A DNA stretch of 61,908 nt from Bacilli bacterium (GCA_051872635.1 JBJEEA010000014.1:1944-63851), one strand, 5' to 3'; shown: positions 19,867 through 31,459, counted from the stretch's first letter. The notes: generated from the letters alone by a model not told the origin. A program made the numbers and translations.

Positions 19867-20273
19867 TGGATAAATATGACGATATAATTAATCTTTCTCA
19901 TTATGAGCCAAAATATCATCCTAGAATGAGTATGTATAAAAGGTCGGCACAATTCGCTCCTTTTTCAGCGTTAGTTGGGTATGATGAACAAGTTCGGGAA
20001 TGTTCAAGATTAACCGACAAAAGATTGGAAATGGATGATGATTCAAAAGAAATAATAAATAATAAATTAAACAAGATAAATGAGTTTATAAAAAATAATC
20101 CAGAAGTAGAAATAACATATTTTATACCTGATGAAAAAAAAGCAGGTGGTAAATATGTTACTGAAAATGTAAATGTAAAAAGAATTGATTTTATAAATAG
20201 ATTTATAAAACTTACTGATAATAAAAAAATAGTCTTAGATGACATTATAGAAATAAATATCAAAGATAAGTGA
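19866..20273 (+). CDS. YolD-like protein
   Basis: YDDIINL.H..P.M...RSAQFAPFSALVGY motif; TAATG-coupled to the polymerase. Confidence 0.85.
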   Translation: MDKYDDIINLSHYEPKYHPRMSMYKRSAQFAPFSALVGYDEQVRECSRLTDKRLEMDDDSKEIINNKLNKINEFIKNNPEVEITYFIPDEKKAGGKYVTENVNVKRIDFINRFIKLTDNKKIVLDDIIEINIKDK

Positions 20274-20276
20274 ATT

Positions 20277-20302
20277 AAAATCGTAGAAATACGATTTTTT
20301 TT
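20277..20302 (+). terminator. Rho-independent terminator (same hairpin at 31192)
   Basis: aatcgta-gaaa-tacgatt plus T-run. Confidence 0.7.
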
Positions 20303-20326
20303 AATACAAAGAAAGGAGAATTATTA

Positions 20327-20518
20327 ATGAAAGAAGAAGATGAAATAAAGATTTATCATAAAGTTTGTGATATTTCTAGGATATGTAAAAAATATTTTTA
20401 CGAGAGAAAATATTTGCCAAGTTACGCTTGGTCAATGGATAAAGTTGTTGAATCTATTTATTCAACTTCAAAAGAATTAAAAAAGCAATATGATGAATTA
20501 AAGAAAAATAATAAATAG
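20327..20518 (+). CDS. Hypothetical 63-aa protein
   Basis: RBS aaaggag. Confidence 0.6.
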   Translation: MKEEDEIKIYHKVCDISRICKKYFYERKYLPSYAWSMDKVVESIYSTSKELKKQYDELKKNNK

Positions 20519-20529
20519 GAGGTTTTAAA

Positions 20530-20658
20530 ATGTTATTGATTATATTTGGTGCAATAGGATTATTCTTATTGCTTTTTATTTATTCTGCTTGTGTTGTATC
20601 AAGTAGATGTTCAAGAATGGAGGAAAGCTATGAAAGAAAAATTAGTAAAAGAAATTAA
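20530..20658 (+). CDS. Small 42-aa single-TM protein (MLLIIFGAIG...ACVVSSRCSRMEESYERKISKRN), not in ORF track
   Basis: RBS aggagg, hydrophobic N-half; fills the gap in the operon. Confidence 0.6.
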   Translation: MLLIIFGAIGLFLLLFIYSACVVSSRCSRMEESYERKISKRN

Positions 20659-20893
20659 AAAGGAATTGGAAAAGTCTGATTATTTTTTTGATGGTGAGAT
20701 AGAACAAATAATAACTATCGTTAGAAAAGCATTAAATAAGTATATTCATGATGAAAAAATAATTAGCAGAAAAGATAAACTTTTAAAAGTGATAGAAAAA
20801 TATTTAATAAAGATAAGAGTAATTATAAAAAGAATATCTTTTAAAAAAAGATCAGTAGAGGAGGAAAACGATGAACACATTAGAAATGTATAA
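20630..20893 (+). CDS. Hypothetical protein
   Basis: ATG 20630 with RBS ggagg. Confidence 0.6.
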   Translation: MKEKLVKEIKKELEKSDYFFDGEIEQIITIVRKALNKYIHDEKIISRKDKLLKVIEKYLIKIRVIIKRISFKKRSVEEENDEHIRNV

Positions 20894-21209
20894 AAGATTA
20901 TCAGATGAGGATAAATCTCATTTAACAGTGTATTGTATTTACGATAGCATTTACGATGTTGCAAGAAATAATAATATAGAAATTAGTGATGAACTTGCTA
21001 TGAATATTCAAGAACTTGCTCATGATTTGTATCTTGAAGATGAATATATGAATTTATCTGCATCACAAATTGCTTTCTTTTTAACAGAGTGTTATACAAA
21101 AGATAATACATTTATGGATAAAGTAGAAGATATGGATTACGATGACATATTACAAGCAGTTGAAGATAATAATCATGAATTTTATATTGAAGAAGAAATG
21201 GAAAGGTAG
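20871..21209 (+). CDS. Hypothetical acidic protein
   Basis: RBS gaggagg; ends EEEMER. Confidence 0.7.
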   Translation: MNTLEMYKRLSDEDKSHLTVYCIYDSIYDVARNNNIEISDELAMNIQELAHDLYLEDEYMNLSASQIAFFLTECYTKDNTFMDKVEDMDYDDILQAVEDNNHEFYIEEEMER

Positions 21210-21219
21210 GTAATAAATT

Positions 21220-21495
21220 ATGGATTTTACAAAGTTAAATGTTGAGTTTGCTAATATGCAAAATACTATTACTAAGTATAATAATATTTTGAATGAAATA
21301 AAGAATAGAATTAAAAACAATTTAAGAGATATTAGTAAATATGAAACAAAAATAAAAAATACAAAGAATAATTTAGAAAAAGAGAGTTATAAAATACTAG
21401 TTATTTCATTAAAAAATGAAACTTCATTTTTAGAAAATATTATAAAGGAGGATGAACAAAATGAACGAGAAACAGGGGTTACTAAAACAGTATAA
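21220..21495 (+). CDS. Hypothetical coiled-coil protein
   Basis: In-operon ORF. Confidence 0.6.
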   Translation: MDFTKLNVEFANMQNTITKYNNILNEIKNRIKNNLRDISKYETKIKNTKNNLEKESYKILVISLKNETSFLENIIKEDEQNERETGVTKTV

Positions 21496-21859
21496 TGAAG
21501 AAGAAATTAAGCAATTACTTAAAGATAAAGTAAAAATGGTTTATATTGATAATGGAAGTGAAGAATTTGTAGCAAGATATGATGATTTACCAGACATTAT
21601 CGTAGATGTAAACGAAAAACTTGGACATACTGAAAATTTAAAGGTATATGATTTTGAAAATCCAATTGCATATAAACCGATTTTAACAACAATAGGTTAT
21701 TTTTTAGATAAATGTGATCCAGAGATAAGAAAAGATATAATAGATAGATTAGTTGGATTACAAAAAGGAGAAATTGAAGTAAAAGATTATAAGGTAATTG
21801 ATGAAGATATGTTAGATGATGTAAGAATTGCTATGGAAAAAGAAGAAATGGATAGATAA
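21461..21859 (+). CDS. Hypothetical protein
   Basis: RBS aaggagg; ends EEMDR. Confidence 0.7.
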   Translation: MNEKQGLLKQYNEEEIKQLLKDKVKMVYIDNGSEEFVARYDDLPDIIVDVNEKLGHTENLKVYDFENPIAYKPILTTIGYFLDKCDPEIRKDIIDRLVGLQKGEIEVKDYKVIDEDMLDDVRIAMEKEEMDR

Positions 21860-21861
21860 TT

Positions 21862-23835
21862 ATGTCAATGATATATATAGTTATTTTAGTTTTAGTGGCT
21901 TTAATAATTATATTTTTGTATTTTATTGAGCCACTAATAACTAGGCAAAAAATAAAAGATAATAATGAGCATGGTAGTGCAAGATGGGCTACTAAACAAG
22001 AAATAGAAAAGCATTTTAGAAAAGAGCAAATAAGTCATATTGTAAAAAGTGGATTTCCTGTATATTATTCAAAGGATAATAGATATGTATGGTTTGATAT
22101 GGAAACACCACATTGGATTTATTTAGGTTCCACAGGAAGTGGCAAAAGCGCTACTGCAGTAATTCCTGAATGTAGCTTTATTGCTACTGCTGAAAATAAA
22201 AAAAGTGTTTTTATTACAGATCCAAAAGGAGAAATATTTTCTACAACAAGTAAAATGTTTAAAGACAATGGTTATCATGTGTTTACATTGGATTTTAGAA
22301 ATCCAGAATTTTCTAATCATGCTAATTTATTAGAAACTGCAATTAATGAATATGAATTGTATGATAAAAATGAGAAATTGAGTGAACAGGAAAACGATGA
22401 GAAATTAAAAATTAAGTATAAAAATGAATCAATAACACATTTTGCACAATGTAATCAAATAGTAAATGATATATGTACTATGATTATGTCAGATAAAACT
22501 GCAAAAGAGGCATTTTGGAATAATAGTGCAAGTGATTTGTTATATGGAATCATTTTTTTATTTTTGGAAGATTATGCTGATGGAAAAATTAAAAGAGAAC
22601 AAATTACTTTAACTTCAATGAAAAAATTTCAAAATAGTTCAATGACTGAAAAGAATATTAAAGTATTAAGAAAATATGTGGAGGCAAAACCTTATGGTTA
22701 TAGAAGTAAAGATAAATTAATACCAATTATATCTACTAGTGAAAATACATATAAGAGTATTACTTCAATTTTTAATGAAAGAATGACTTTATTTGATGAT
22801 GTAAATGTAGAAAATATAACATCAAATTCAGATTTTGATTTTGATATTTTAGGAAAAGAGCCATCGGTGTTATATTGTTGCATACCTGATGAATCAAAAA
22901 TATATTATACACTCGTATCGGTAGTAGTTTCCTTAGTATATAAAAGATTAGTATTATTATGTAATATGCAACCAAATAAAAAACTACCTACTGAACTTGT
23001 ATTTTTACTTGACGAGTTTGCAAATACTCCACCACTACAAGACATTGAAACGATAGTATCAGTAGCTAGAAGTAGAGGTATGTATTTTCAATTCTTTTTA
23101 CAAAGTTTTGCCCAACTAGATAATTTGTATGGTAAGGAAGTTAGTCAAATAATTCAAGATAACTGTGGTTTGGCTTATCTTAAAACAAATACACAAGAAA
23201 CTGCGGAAGCAATTAGTTCTAGATTAGGTACTCATGGAGTTGAGACTACTTCATTAAATTATTCAATGAGTTTTTTAAATAATAATGGTAGTAAGGGAAC
23301 AAGTCTTATTTCTAGAAGATTATTAACTGCTGATGAAATTAAACAATTACATTACAAGACAATTATCTTTCCAACAATAGGTTACCCAATTTTTCGTGAT
23401 ACTGTTATTTATCAAAAATTTAGTTGTTATAAAAAAGGTTATGTTGAAAGAAATATAAGACCACTTGAAAGATTAGTTGATACTTACTATACAGTAGAAC
23501 AGTTGAAGTTTGAAGATAAAAATAGTAATCAAGAGCCAAAACTAAATACTTATGAATCACAAATGAAAACAAGGTTAGTATCCATTATAAATGAAGTAAT
23601 AAAAATATTTGGGAAAATAGATTTTAATGTAGAATATACAAAAGAAAATAATAATATAATTGCAGAGTTATATTTAGCACCACCATTATCAATCAATGAT
23701 TTAAAAGGACTTGAAGAATTAAGTAGTAAATTAGATTTTGGATATAATGCCATATCTGATAAAGAAAAAGTTAATAGAAAAAATAGAAACTCTTTAATAG
23801 AGATTTTTTTAAATGATAGAGAAAAAGAAATGTGA
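21862..23835 (+). CDS. virD4: VirD4/TraG type IV coupling protein
   Basis: HGSARWA, GSTGSGKS, TDPKGE, FLLDEFAN, ARSRG, QS.AQL..LYG. Confidence 0.92.
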   Translation: MSMIYIVILVLVALIIIFLYFIEPLITRQKIKDNNEHGSARWATKQEIEKHFRKEQISHIVKSGFPVYYSKDNRYVWFDMETPHWIYLGSTGSGKSATAVIPECSFIATAENKKSVFITDPKGEIFSTTSKMFKDNGYHVFTLDFRNPEFSNHANLLETAINEYELYDKNEKLSEQENDEKLKIKYKNESITHFAQCNQIVNDICTMIMSDKTAKEAFWNNSASDLLYGIIFLFLEDYADGKIKREQITLTSMKKFQNSSMTEKNIKVLRKYVEAKPYGYRSKDKLIPIISTSENTYKSITSIFNERMTLFDDVNVENITSNSDFDFDILGKEPSVLYCCIPDESKIYYTLVSVVVSLVYKRLVLLCNMQPNKKLPTELVFLLDEFANTPPLQDIETIVSVARSRGMYFQFFLQSFAQLDNLYGKEVSQIIQDNCGLAYLKTNTQETAEAISSRLGTHGVETTSLNYSMSFLNNNGSKGTSLISRRLLTADEIKQLHYKTIIFPTIGYPIFRDTVIYQKFSCYKKGYVERNIRPLERLVDTYYTVEQLKFEDKNSNQEPKLNTYESQMKTRLVSIINEVIKIFGKIDFNVEYTKENNNIIAELYLAPPLSINDLKGLEELSSKLDFGYNAISDKEKVNRKNRNSLIEIFLNDREKEM

Positions 23836-23850
23836 AAGAAGGTGTAAAAA

Positions 23851-26800
23851 GTGAATAACAAATTTATAAATGAATACTTTGAAACAAGAGATAATACTTT
23901 ACGAGATATACAAAGTAGTTCATATAATTGGAATAAGTTTATTACTTATTGGTCAAAAATATTAGATAAATATAGCGTTGATAATGTTTTAAATCTGTAT
24001 TCTTATAATTCAAGTGGAAGAACTTTTATGACTTTTGATGAATGGAATAGCGAAGAAGTTGATAGAAGAATAAAACCTAAAAGTAAAGGAATACCAATAA
24101 TTGAAGATGATCATAAAATATATGTATTTGATATTAGACAAACTTATGGAAAAGATTATAAGCTATGGAATTATAATCATTATGTAGATAAGTCAATACT
24201 TAATTATTATCAATTTAGTGTTGACATTATAAATGATGATAATAAAACAATAAATGAAAATTTTTATGATACCTTCTATGAAATATCGTTAAAACAAATA
24301 ATGAATAATTATATGACTATGTCAGAAGAAGAAGTGGAGTTTGTTGCTAAAACAATGACTTCACTTTTTTTATCAAAGTCTAACTTTAATATATATAATC
24401 TTCCGAATTCTTATGAAATGTTAGAAGAAATGGATACAGATGATATTTTAAAATGTATGCAAATTGCTAATAAGGAAACTGCAATTATATATAAAGATTT
24501 TGTAGAAAAAACAAATAGTCTTGAATCAGTTCAAAATTATATTCAAAGTAATGTATTATTTCAGTTTAAAGATGGTAAATATTTTAATGAAGAAGAAAAA
24601 CAAAACTTTTTATCTGGTATAGAAAATAATACTTTCTTTAACAATAAATTTTTAGAAAATATTTATGATAGTTATGTTAATAAGTATGAACATTCATTTA
24701 AAAGAAAAGTTGATAAAGTTGAAAATATTATTAGTTTTGATAAAGATAAAGTTTATATAAATAATGAAGAAGTTAGTGAAGAAGAATTTGATAATGCATT
24801 TGAAGAAATTGAAGAAGAACATTTTAATAATGAAAATAATCTAAATGTTATAAATAAAAATAACTATGTAGAACAAATGTCTCTATTTGCCCCAAGAGAA
24901 GAAGAACTAGCAAGTAAGATTTGCGATATATTTAATTCTTTTGACACTAAATATCAAAATACATTTGAAGTACATAATGTTGAATTACAAAGATGGGAAC
25001 ATATATCAAGTAAAAAAAGAAATCTTACAATATTATTAAAAAGTTCATTAATAGATAGTTTAGCAGATAGAGAAAATAGTTTTACATATTTTAATACTGA
25101 TAAAACTGATGAAAAGAAACTTAATGAGGGATTATTAAATAATGCTTTTATTCAGTCATTATATAAAGATAAAGATTTTTCAATTTCTTTTACACCAGAT
25201 ATGATACATATATATTGGCATAACTTTGATGACAAGCAATTTGATATGTCTATTCCAAGTACTAAATTAATAAATCAAGATGAAATAGATAGTAAAGAAT
25301 TAGAACAAATAGATAAAGAAGTTTCTAATATTACTGATGATGTAATTGATTATAAAGTAACTACTGCTGAAATAATACCAACTCGTAATGGTATAGAAAC
25401 TAATGTTATAGAAGAACATAGTTATAACAGTAATGGAGAAGAAGTAAAAGAAAAATATCCACCAATTAATTATCATATTAGTGATGATAAAATTGATACA
25501 AGTTTTGGTGCTAAATCAAGATTTGAAGATAATATAAAAGCAATAGAACTCTTAAAAAAATTAGAAAATGAAGATAGAAATGCAACCGAAGAAGAACAAG
25601 AAATTTTATCTCGTTATGTAGGTTGGGGTGGAATTGCTGATGCTTTTGATGAAAGAAAAGAAAATTGGAAAGAGGAAAGAGAGAAATTAAAATTACTCTT
25701 AAATGAAGAAGAATATAAAGCAGCTGCACATTCAACATTATCTTCTTTTTATACTCCAAATATAGCAATAGATGGGATTTATAAAGCATTAAAACAATTT
25801 GGATTTGAAAAAGGAAATGTTTTAGAGCCAAGTTGTGGTATTGGTAATTTTTTTGGAAGACTTCCTAGTGAGTTTGATAAATCTAAATTATATGGTGTCG
25901 AGTTAGATAGTATAAGTGGAAGAATTGCTAAAAAACTTTATCCAAATGCTAAAATAGAAATAACAGGTTATGAAGATTCAAAGGTTGCAGATAATTTATT
26001 TGATATTGCAATTGGTAATGTACCTTTTGGAAGTAATACTGTATATGATAAAAGATATAAAGATAGATTTTTAATTCATGATTACTTTTTTCAAAAAACA
26101 TTAGATAAAGTAAGAGATGGAGGAATTATTGCTTTTATTACTACTGATGGGACACTTGATAAGAAAGATACAAGAGTAAGAGAATACATTGCAAAAAGAG
26201 CAGAATTTTTAGGAGCAATAAGATTACCTAACAATACATTTACAGGAAACGCAAATGCCAAAGTTACATCTGATATTATTTTTTTGAAAAAGAGAGATGA
26301 ATTAAAGTTAGATATAAGTGATGAAAGTTGGATATATACGAGTGAATATGATGATGGAATTACAATAAACAATTATTATATTGATAATCCAAATATGATG
26401 CTTGGTAAAATGGAAACAACAACTCATTTTGATATGGCGACTTGTATTCCATTTGAAGATAGAGATATAAATGTTTTAATGAATCAAGCAATAGAACATC
26501 TACCAACTAATATATATGAGCAAAGTAGTTTTATAGAAAATAATGATACTAATTATGAAGTATTAGATGCAGATGATAGTCTTAAAAATAATGCTTTTAC
26601 TGTAATAAATAAAGATGGTAAAGACATTATTTATCAAAGGTCATTTTCAAGTTTAGTACCATACAGTATTCAAGATGGCATGACTGCTAAAAGAATTATT
26701 GGTTTGTGTAAAATTAAAGATGCTTTAAGAGAAGTATTTAATATACAACTTCGAGATGGAAGTGATGAAGAATTAAAATTTGCACAAGAAACATTAAGTA

Positions 26801-29800
26801 AAGAATATGATGATTTCAATAAAAGATATGGTTATATTAATGATAGTGTAAATGCACGAGCATTTGATAGTGATCCAGATTATTATTTGCTTACTTCTAT
26901 TGAAAATAAAATTAGTAAGGATGAAGAAGATGATAAACCTAAATATGAAAAGGGAGATGTCTTTACTAAAAGGACAATAAGAAAAAGCAAAACTATTACA
27001 AGTGCTGAAAACGCTGAACAAGCATTAAGGTATTCTCTTAATAATCGTGGTTGTGTTGATTTTGAATATATGAAAACATTATATCCAAAAGAAGATAATG
27101 AAATTATAGAGGAGTTAGATAATTTAATATATCAAGATCCAGCAAAGATAAATGATTTTAATAATGGATGGGTAATTGCTAGTGAATATTTAAGTGGTAA
27201 TGTAAAGCAAAAACTTAATTATGCTAAATCAGTAAATGAAGATAATAAGTTTGATAAAAATATTGAGGCATTAGAAAAAGTACAACCTATACCACTTGAA
27301 TATGATGAAATTAGTGTAAAATTAGGTTCAACTTGGATTCCAGAAGATGTCTATCATGAGTTTTGTTGCGAACTTTTAGATATACCAAAATATAATAGAA
27401 GTTATTTGAAAATAAAATATGCAAAAGAAGTAAATACTTGGTTATTTCAAGCAAGTGGATTATATGGTTATGGTGTAAAAAATACTAATACTTGGGGAAC
27501 TGATAGAGCAGATGCTTTATCAATAATAAAGAATACTCTTAATCTTCAAAGTATAACTATTTATGACAAATTAGAAGATGAAAGACGAGTTGTAAATCCA
27601 ATTGAAACTGCTAATGCAAGAGAAAAACAAGAGGCAATAAAACAAGAATTTAAAGAGTGGATTTGGAAAGATGAAGATAGAAGAAATAGACTTGTTAAAC
27701 TATATAATGAAAATTTTAATTGCATGAGAGAAAGGGAATTTGATGGAAGTCATTTAACATTCGATGGAATGAATCCCAATATAGAATTACGACCTCATCA
27801 AAAAGATGCAGTAGCAAGAGTTTTGTATGGAGGTAATACATTACTTGCTCATGCTGTTGGTGCAGGAAAAACTTATGAATGTATTGCAAGTGCTATGGAA
27901 TTGAAAAGATTGGGAATTGTAAGTAAGCCAATGTTTGTTGTCCCTAATCATTTATTAGGACAATGGGCAAATGAAGTTTTAAAATTGTATCCTACTGCAA
28001 ATATTTTAGTAGCAACTCAAAAAGATTTTGAAAAAACTAGAAGAAAAAAACTAATGGCAAGAATTGCAACAGGAGAATGGGATGCAGTTTTAATTGCTCA
28101 TTCTAGTTTTGGTTTAATTCCAATGAGTAAAGAATATGAAAAGAAACATATTGAAAAAGAAATAGAAGAAGTTGTTAGTGCCATTGAAAGAATAAAAGCA
28201 GAATCAGGTGATGGTTTAAGTGTAAAGAAACTTGAACAAATAAAAACGAGTATGGATACTAAATTAAAAGTATTATTAGATGCACCGAAAGATGATGTTG
28301 TTACATTTGAAGAATTGGGAGTAGATGAACTAATAGTAGATGAGGCACATATGTTTAAAAATCTTCCAATGTTTTCAAAAATAAGAAATGTTGCAGGTAT
28401 AAATAACAGTGAATCTAAAAAAGCAACTGACTTGTTTATGAAGATAAGTTACATATTAGAAAATAATGGTGGTAAAGGTGCAGTATTTGCAACAGGTACT
28501 CCAATTTCAAACTCTATGGGAGAATTATTTGCAATGCAAAAATATCTTCAAATTGATAGATTAAGAGAAATGGGATTAGAACATTTTGATGAGTGGGCTT
28601 CAACATTTGGAGAAGTAGTTAATAGTTTTGAAATTGCACCAGACGGTAGTGGTTTTAGAACAAAAGCAAGATTTGCTCAATTTTTTAATATTCCTGAACT
28701 TATGACTTTATTTAAAGAAGTAGCTGATATTAAAACATCAAAAATGTTGGATTTACCTGTTCCTAAATTAAAAGGTGGAGATTATAAAACAATAGTTGCT
28801 CCTAAAAGTGTTGAATTAGGAGAATATGTAGATAAACTTGCTGAAAGAAGTGAAATAATTAGAAATGGTTGTGATCCACGAATTGATAATATGCTTTTAG
28901 TAACAAACGATGGAAGAAAAGCAGCACTCGATTTAAGAATGATAGATCCGAATATGCCAGACTTACCTAATTCAAAAATTAATTTAGCAGTAGAAAATAT
29001 TTATAGAATATGGTTAGAAAATAAAGAGGACAAGTTAACGCAACTTGTCTTTTGTGATTTATCAACACCAAAGAATGATGGTACTTTCAATGTATATGAT
29101 GACATTAAGAATAAGTTAATTCAAAAAGGAATACCAGAAGATGAAATAGAATTTATTCATAATGCAAAAACTAATCCTCAAAAATTAAAATTATTTGAAG
29201 ATATGAGAAATGGAAATAAAAGAATTTTAATAGGTTCAACTTCTAAAATGGGAGCCGGAATGAATGTTCAAGATAAATTAATTGCTCTCCATCATCTTGA
29301 CTGTCCATGGCGACCAAGTGATATTGAACAAAGAGAAGGAAGAATTTTAAGACAGGGAAATCAAAATGAAGAAGTAGAAATATATAGATATGTAACCGAA
29401 GGTAGTTTTGATGCCTATTCATATCAATTAATTCAAACAAAATCAACTTTTATAAATCAAATAATGGCAAACTCAAATGGTGGTGGAAGAACTGCTGAAG
29501 ATTTGGATAGAGATACACTTACTTATGCAGAAGTTAAAGCACTTGCAAGTGGTAATCCATTGATATTAGAAAAATTTAAAGTTGAAAATGAATTAAAACA
29601 ATTATATTTATCAAAAAGTAGATATGATAGATCACATATTGAACTAGAATCAAAATATAACAGAGAATTGCCAAGACAATTAAAATATCAAAAACAATAT
29701 TTAACAGGTTTAGAAGAAGATATCAAAAAAGTGGAAGATTTATCTGCTGATAATTTTAAGATAATTATAAGAGATCAATTTTTTAATTCTAGAAAAGATG

Positions 29801-30228
29801 CTAGTACAAAATTTTACCAATCGTTATCTTTATTAAAGACAGGAGAAGAAATCAAAATAGGAGAGATAAGTGGATTTGATATAATTGGTACACGAGAAGA
29901 ACTAAGGTTTACTCCTGTTGTTTATATTAAGGGTATTGGTAAATATAAGGTTGAAATAAACAACATGGATGAAATAGGTAATATTTTAAAATTAGAAAAT
30001 ATGCTCAAAAGTTTTGATAATAAAATAAATACTGTTAAAGAGCAAATCGCCTATACTGAAAAACAACTTGTAGATGTAAAGGAAGAACTAGATAAGCCAT
30101 TTGCAAGTCAAGAAAGAATACGAGAATTACAAAAAGAAAAAGCACGAATTGATAGTGAGCTTGATTTAGATAAACAAGAAAACACAAGAGAAATAGAAGA
30201 AAATAATGAAGAAGAAATAGAAAGATAA
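23851..30228 (+). CDS. Large DarB-like protein: ArdC-N-like ssDNA-binding domain + N6-adenine methyltransferase + SNF2 helicase
   Basis: YS..N......F..W....RRIK..SKGI (ArdC-N-like); [19 protein letters not shown] (MTase); [23 protein letters not shown] (SF2). Confidence 0.88.
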   Translation: MNNKFINEYFETRDNTLRDIQSSSYNWNKFITYWSKILDKYSVDNVLNLYSYNSSGRTFMTFDEWNSEEVDRRIKPKSKGIPIIEDDHKIYVFDIRQTYGKDYKLWNYNHYVDKSILNYYQFSVDIINDDNKTINENFYDTFYEISLKQIMNNYMTMSEEEVEFVAKTMTSLFLSKSNFNIYNLPNSYEMLEEMDTDDILKCMQIANKETAIIYKDFVEKTNSLESVQNYIQSNVLFQFKDGKYFNEEEKQNFLSGIENNTFFNNKFLENIYDSYVNKYEHSFKRKVDKVENIISFDKDKVYINNEEVSEEEFDNAFEEIEEEHFNNENNLNVINKNNYVEQMSLFAPREEELASKICDIFNSFDTKYQNTFEVHNVELQRWEHISSKKRNLTILLKSSLIDSLADRENSFTYFNTDKTDEKKLNEGLLNNAFIQSLYKDKDFSISFTPDMIHIYWHNFDDKQFDMSIPSTKLINQDEIDSKELEQIDKEVSNITDDVIDYKVTTAEIIPTRNGIETNVIEEHSYNSNGEEVKEKYPPINYHISDDKIDTSFGAKSRFEDNIKAIELLKKLENEDRNATEEEQEILSRYVGWGGIADAFDERKENWKEEREKLKLLLNEEEYKAAAHSTLSSFYTPNIAIDGIYKALKQFGFEKGNVLEPSCGIGNFFGRLPSEFDKSKLYGVELDSISGRIAKKLYPNAKIEITGYEDSKVADNLFDIAIGNVPFGSNTVYDKRYKDRFLIHDYFFQKTLDKVRDGGIIAFITTDGTLDKKDTRVREYIAKRAEFLGAIRLPNNTFTGNANAKVTSDIIFLKKRDELKLDISDESWIYTSEYDDGITINNYYIDNPNMMLGKMETTTHFDMATCIPFEDRDINVLMNQAIEHLPTNIYEQSSFIENNDTNYEVLDADDSLKNNAFTVINKDGKDIIYQRSFSSLVPYSIQDGMTAKRIIGLCKIKDALREVFNIQLRDGSDEELKFAQETLSKEYDDFNKRYGYINDSVNARAFDSDPDYYLLTSIENKISKDEEDDKPKYEKGDVFTKRTIRKSKTITSAENAEQALRYSLNNRGCVDFEYMKTLYPKEDNEIIEELDNLIYQDPAKINDFNNGWVIASEYLSGNVKQKLNYAKSVNEDNKFDKNIEALEKVQPIPLEYDEISVKLGSTWIPEDVYHEFCCELLDIPKYNRSYLKIKYAKEVNTWLFQASGLYGYGVKNTNTWGTDRADALSIIKNTLNLQSITIYDKLEDERRVVNPIETANAREKQEAIKQEFKEWIWKDEDRRNRLVKLYNENFNCMREREFDGSHLTFDGMNPNIELRPHQKDAVARVLYGGNTLLAHAVGAGKTYECIASAMELKRLGIVSKPMFVVPNHLLGQWANEVLKLYPTANILVATQKDFEKTRRKKLMARIATGEWDAVLIAHSSFGLIPMSKEYEKKHIEKEIEEVVSAIERIKAESGDGLSVKKLEQIKTSMDTKLKVLLDAPKDDVVTFEELGVDELIVDEAHMFKNLPMFSKIRNVAGINNSESKKATDLFMKISYILENNGGKGAVFATGTPISNSMGELFAMQKYLQIDRLREMGLEHFDEWASTFGEVVNSFEIAPDGSGFRTKARFAQFFNIPELMTLFKEVADIKTSKMLDLPVPKLKGGDYKTIVAPKSVELGEYVDKLAERSEIIRNGCDPRIDNMLLVTNDGRKAALDLRMIDPNMPDLPNSKINLAVENIYRIWLENKEDKLTQLVFCDLSTPKNDGTFNVYDDIKNKLIQKGIPEDEIEFIHNAKTNPQKLKLFEDMRNGNKRILIGSTSKMGAGMNVQDKLIALHHLDCPWRPSDIEQREGRILRQGNQNEEVEIYRYVTEGSFDAYSYQLIQTKSTFINQIMANSNGGGRTAEDLDRDTLTYAEVKALASGNPLILEKFKVENELKQLYLSKSRYDRSHIELESKYNRELPRQLKYQKQYLTGLEEDIKKVEDLSADNFKIIIRDQFFNSRKDASTKFYQSLSLLKTGEEIKIGEISGFDIIGTREELRFTPVVYIKGIGKYKVEINNMDEIGNILKLENMLKSFDNKINTVKEQIAYTEKQLVDVKEELDKPFASQERIRELQKEKARIDSELDLDKQENTREIEENNEEEIER

Positions 30229-30247
30229 AAGTTTTTAATTTTTTTGC

Positions 30248-30291
30248 AAAAAAACTCTTGCAAAATTTGCTTTTTTAAGTGATAAATGGAA
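30248..30291 (+). promoter_or_regulatory. Conserved ICE promoter element, copy 2 (upstream of recombinase module)
   Basis: 41 of 44 bases match 3681-3724. Confidence 0.65.
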
Positions 30292-30426
30292 CGAAGAAAA
30301 AAAGTCATTAAATATATCTAATTTAAGCACTGTTAAACTTAGAGTATGGGGTTGAACAGTTATAAGTATAAAAAAATAAAACCTCTTAAAATGGCTTTAA
30401 TTCGTTATTTGAAAGGAGATGCTTTT

Positions 30427-30657
30427 TTGGAACAGAAAATTACATTAAATTATCGGCTATTAGATTGGTTATCATCAGTAATTAAAGATATTATTGAAGA
30501 TACTATAGAAGATGAACCGAACAAAATATCAACATTTATAGCAGTAAACAATATGATTAATCAATTGGATAATGATACTGCAAGTGATGATATATCTAAC
30601 TTAATCAGTGAAACATTAATTAATAAATTATTTGATGAGATTAAAAATAGTATATAA
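30427..30657 (+). CDS. Hypothetical protein
   Basis: TTG start at 30427 with RBS aaaggag, preferred over 30346. Confidence 0.55.
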   Translation: MEQKITLNYRLLDWLSSVIKDIIEDTIEDEPNKISTFIAVNNMINQLDNDTASDDISNLISETLINKLFDEIKNSI

Positions 30658-30671
30658 GGGAGGAATGAATT

Positions 30672-31178
30672 ATGTATATTACAGATACTACTGAAAATGT
30701 TAGAAAATTAATATTAGAATTAGAACAAAAAGATGATTTAAACAAATTAAAGTTTCTTATTTATATATTTGGTTTACTAAACAATGATCAAATAAATGAT
30801 AAGAATGAAGCAAATCCAAATATTATTGAAGACGATAATATAAAGATATTTTCACTCGAATTATTTGGATTGCCAATGAATGCTTGTACTATATTATTAC
30901 AATATTTTGCAATGCTTTATAATAAATTAACAAATACCAAAGATGCTTATGAAGATAATGGAAATGTTTTGGGTATTAAAGTTACTGATGAAGACATTTA
31001 TTTAGCATCACAATTTGAAAAATTGAATTTTAATGAAAAATTAGATTTATTTAGTGAAATTTTTATTAGGTATGATAATGAAACATATTTTAGTCAAAAA
31101 ATAACAATTATTACTCTTGATCCGAAATCAAATGGATTTGATTTTGCTAAAATCATAAAAGATTTTAAAAGTAAGTAG
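30672..31178 (+). CDS. Hypothetical protein
   Basis: RBS gggagg, 168 aa. Confidence 0.7.
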   Translation: MYITDTTENVRKLILELEQKDDLNKLKFLIYIFGLLNNDQINDKNEANPNIIEDDNIKIFSLELFGLPMNACTILLQYFAMLYNKLTNTKDAYEDNGNVLGIKVTDEDIYLASQFEKLNFNEKLDLFSEIFIRYDNETYFSQKITIITLDPKSNGFDFAKIIKDFKSK

Positions 31179-31191
31179 TATTTAAAAAAAT

Positions 31192-31216
31192 AATCGTAGA
31201 AATACGATTTTTTTTT
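31192..31216 (+). terminator. Rho-independent terminator
   Basis: aatcgta-gaaa-tacgatt plus T-run. Confidence 0.7.
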
Positions 31217-31282
31217 GTCTAAAAAAGTAGGTATATAAGATGAAAAAAAATTTAATATCAAGAGTAATAGGAGCAGTTAATT

Positions 31283-31459
31283 ATGAATGTTGTAGTAAAT
31301 AAGAAAATTTTAAATTTAGATGAAACATCAAAAAATAAACTAAATGCAAGGATAATTATTGCTCTATTTAAAAATATGTACAATCAAAATAAGATTACAA
31401 AAAAAGAGTATGATTCTCTAATTTCAAGTGTTAATCGCACATTTAATTTAAATAAATAA
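31283..31459 (+). CDS. Small 58-aa SHOCT-like protein upstream of the recombinase, not in ORF track
   Basis: RBS aggag; ALFKNMYNQNKITKKEYDSL matches the SHOCT pattern L..L...G.IT.EEY. Confidence 0.65.
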   Translation: MNVVVNKKILNLDETSKNKLNARIIIALFKNMYNQNKITKKEYDSLISSVNRTFNLNK

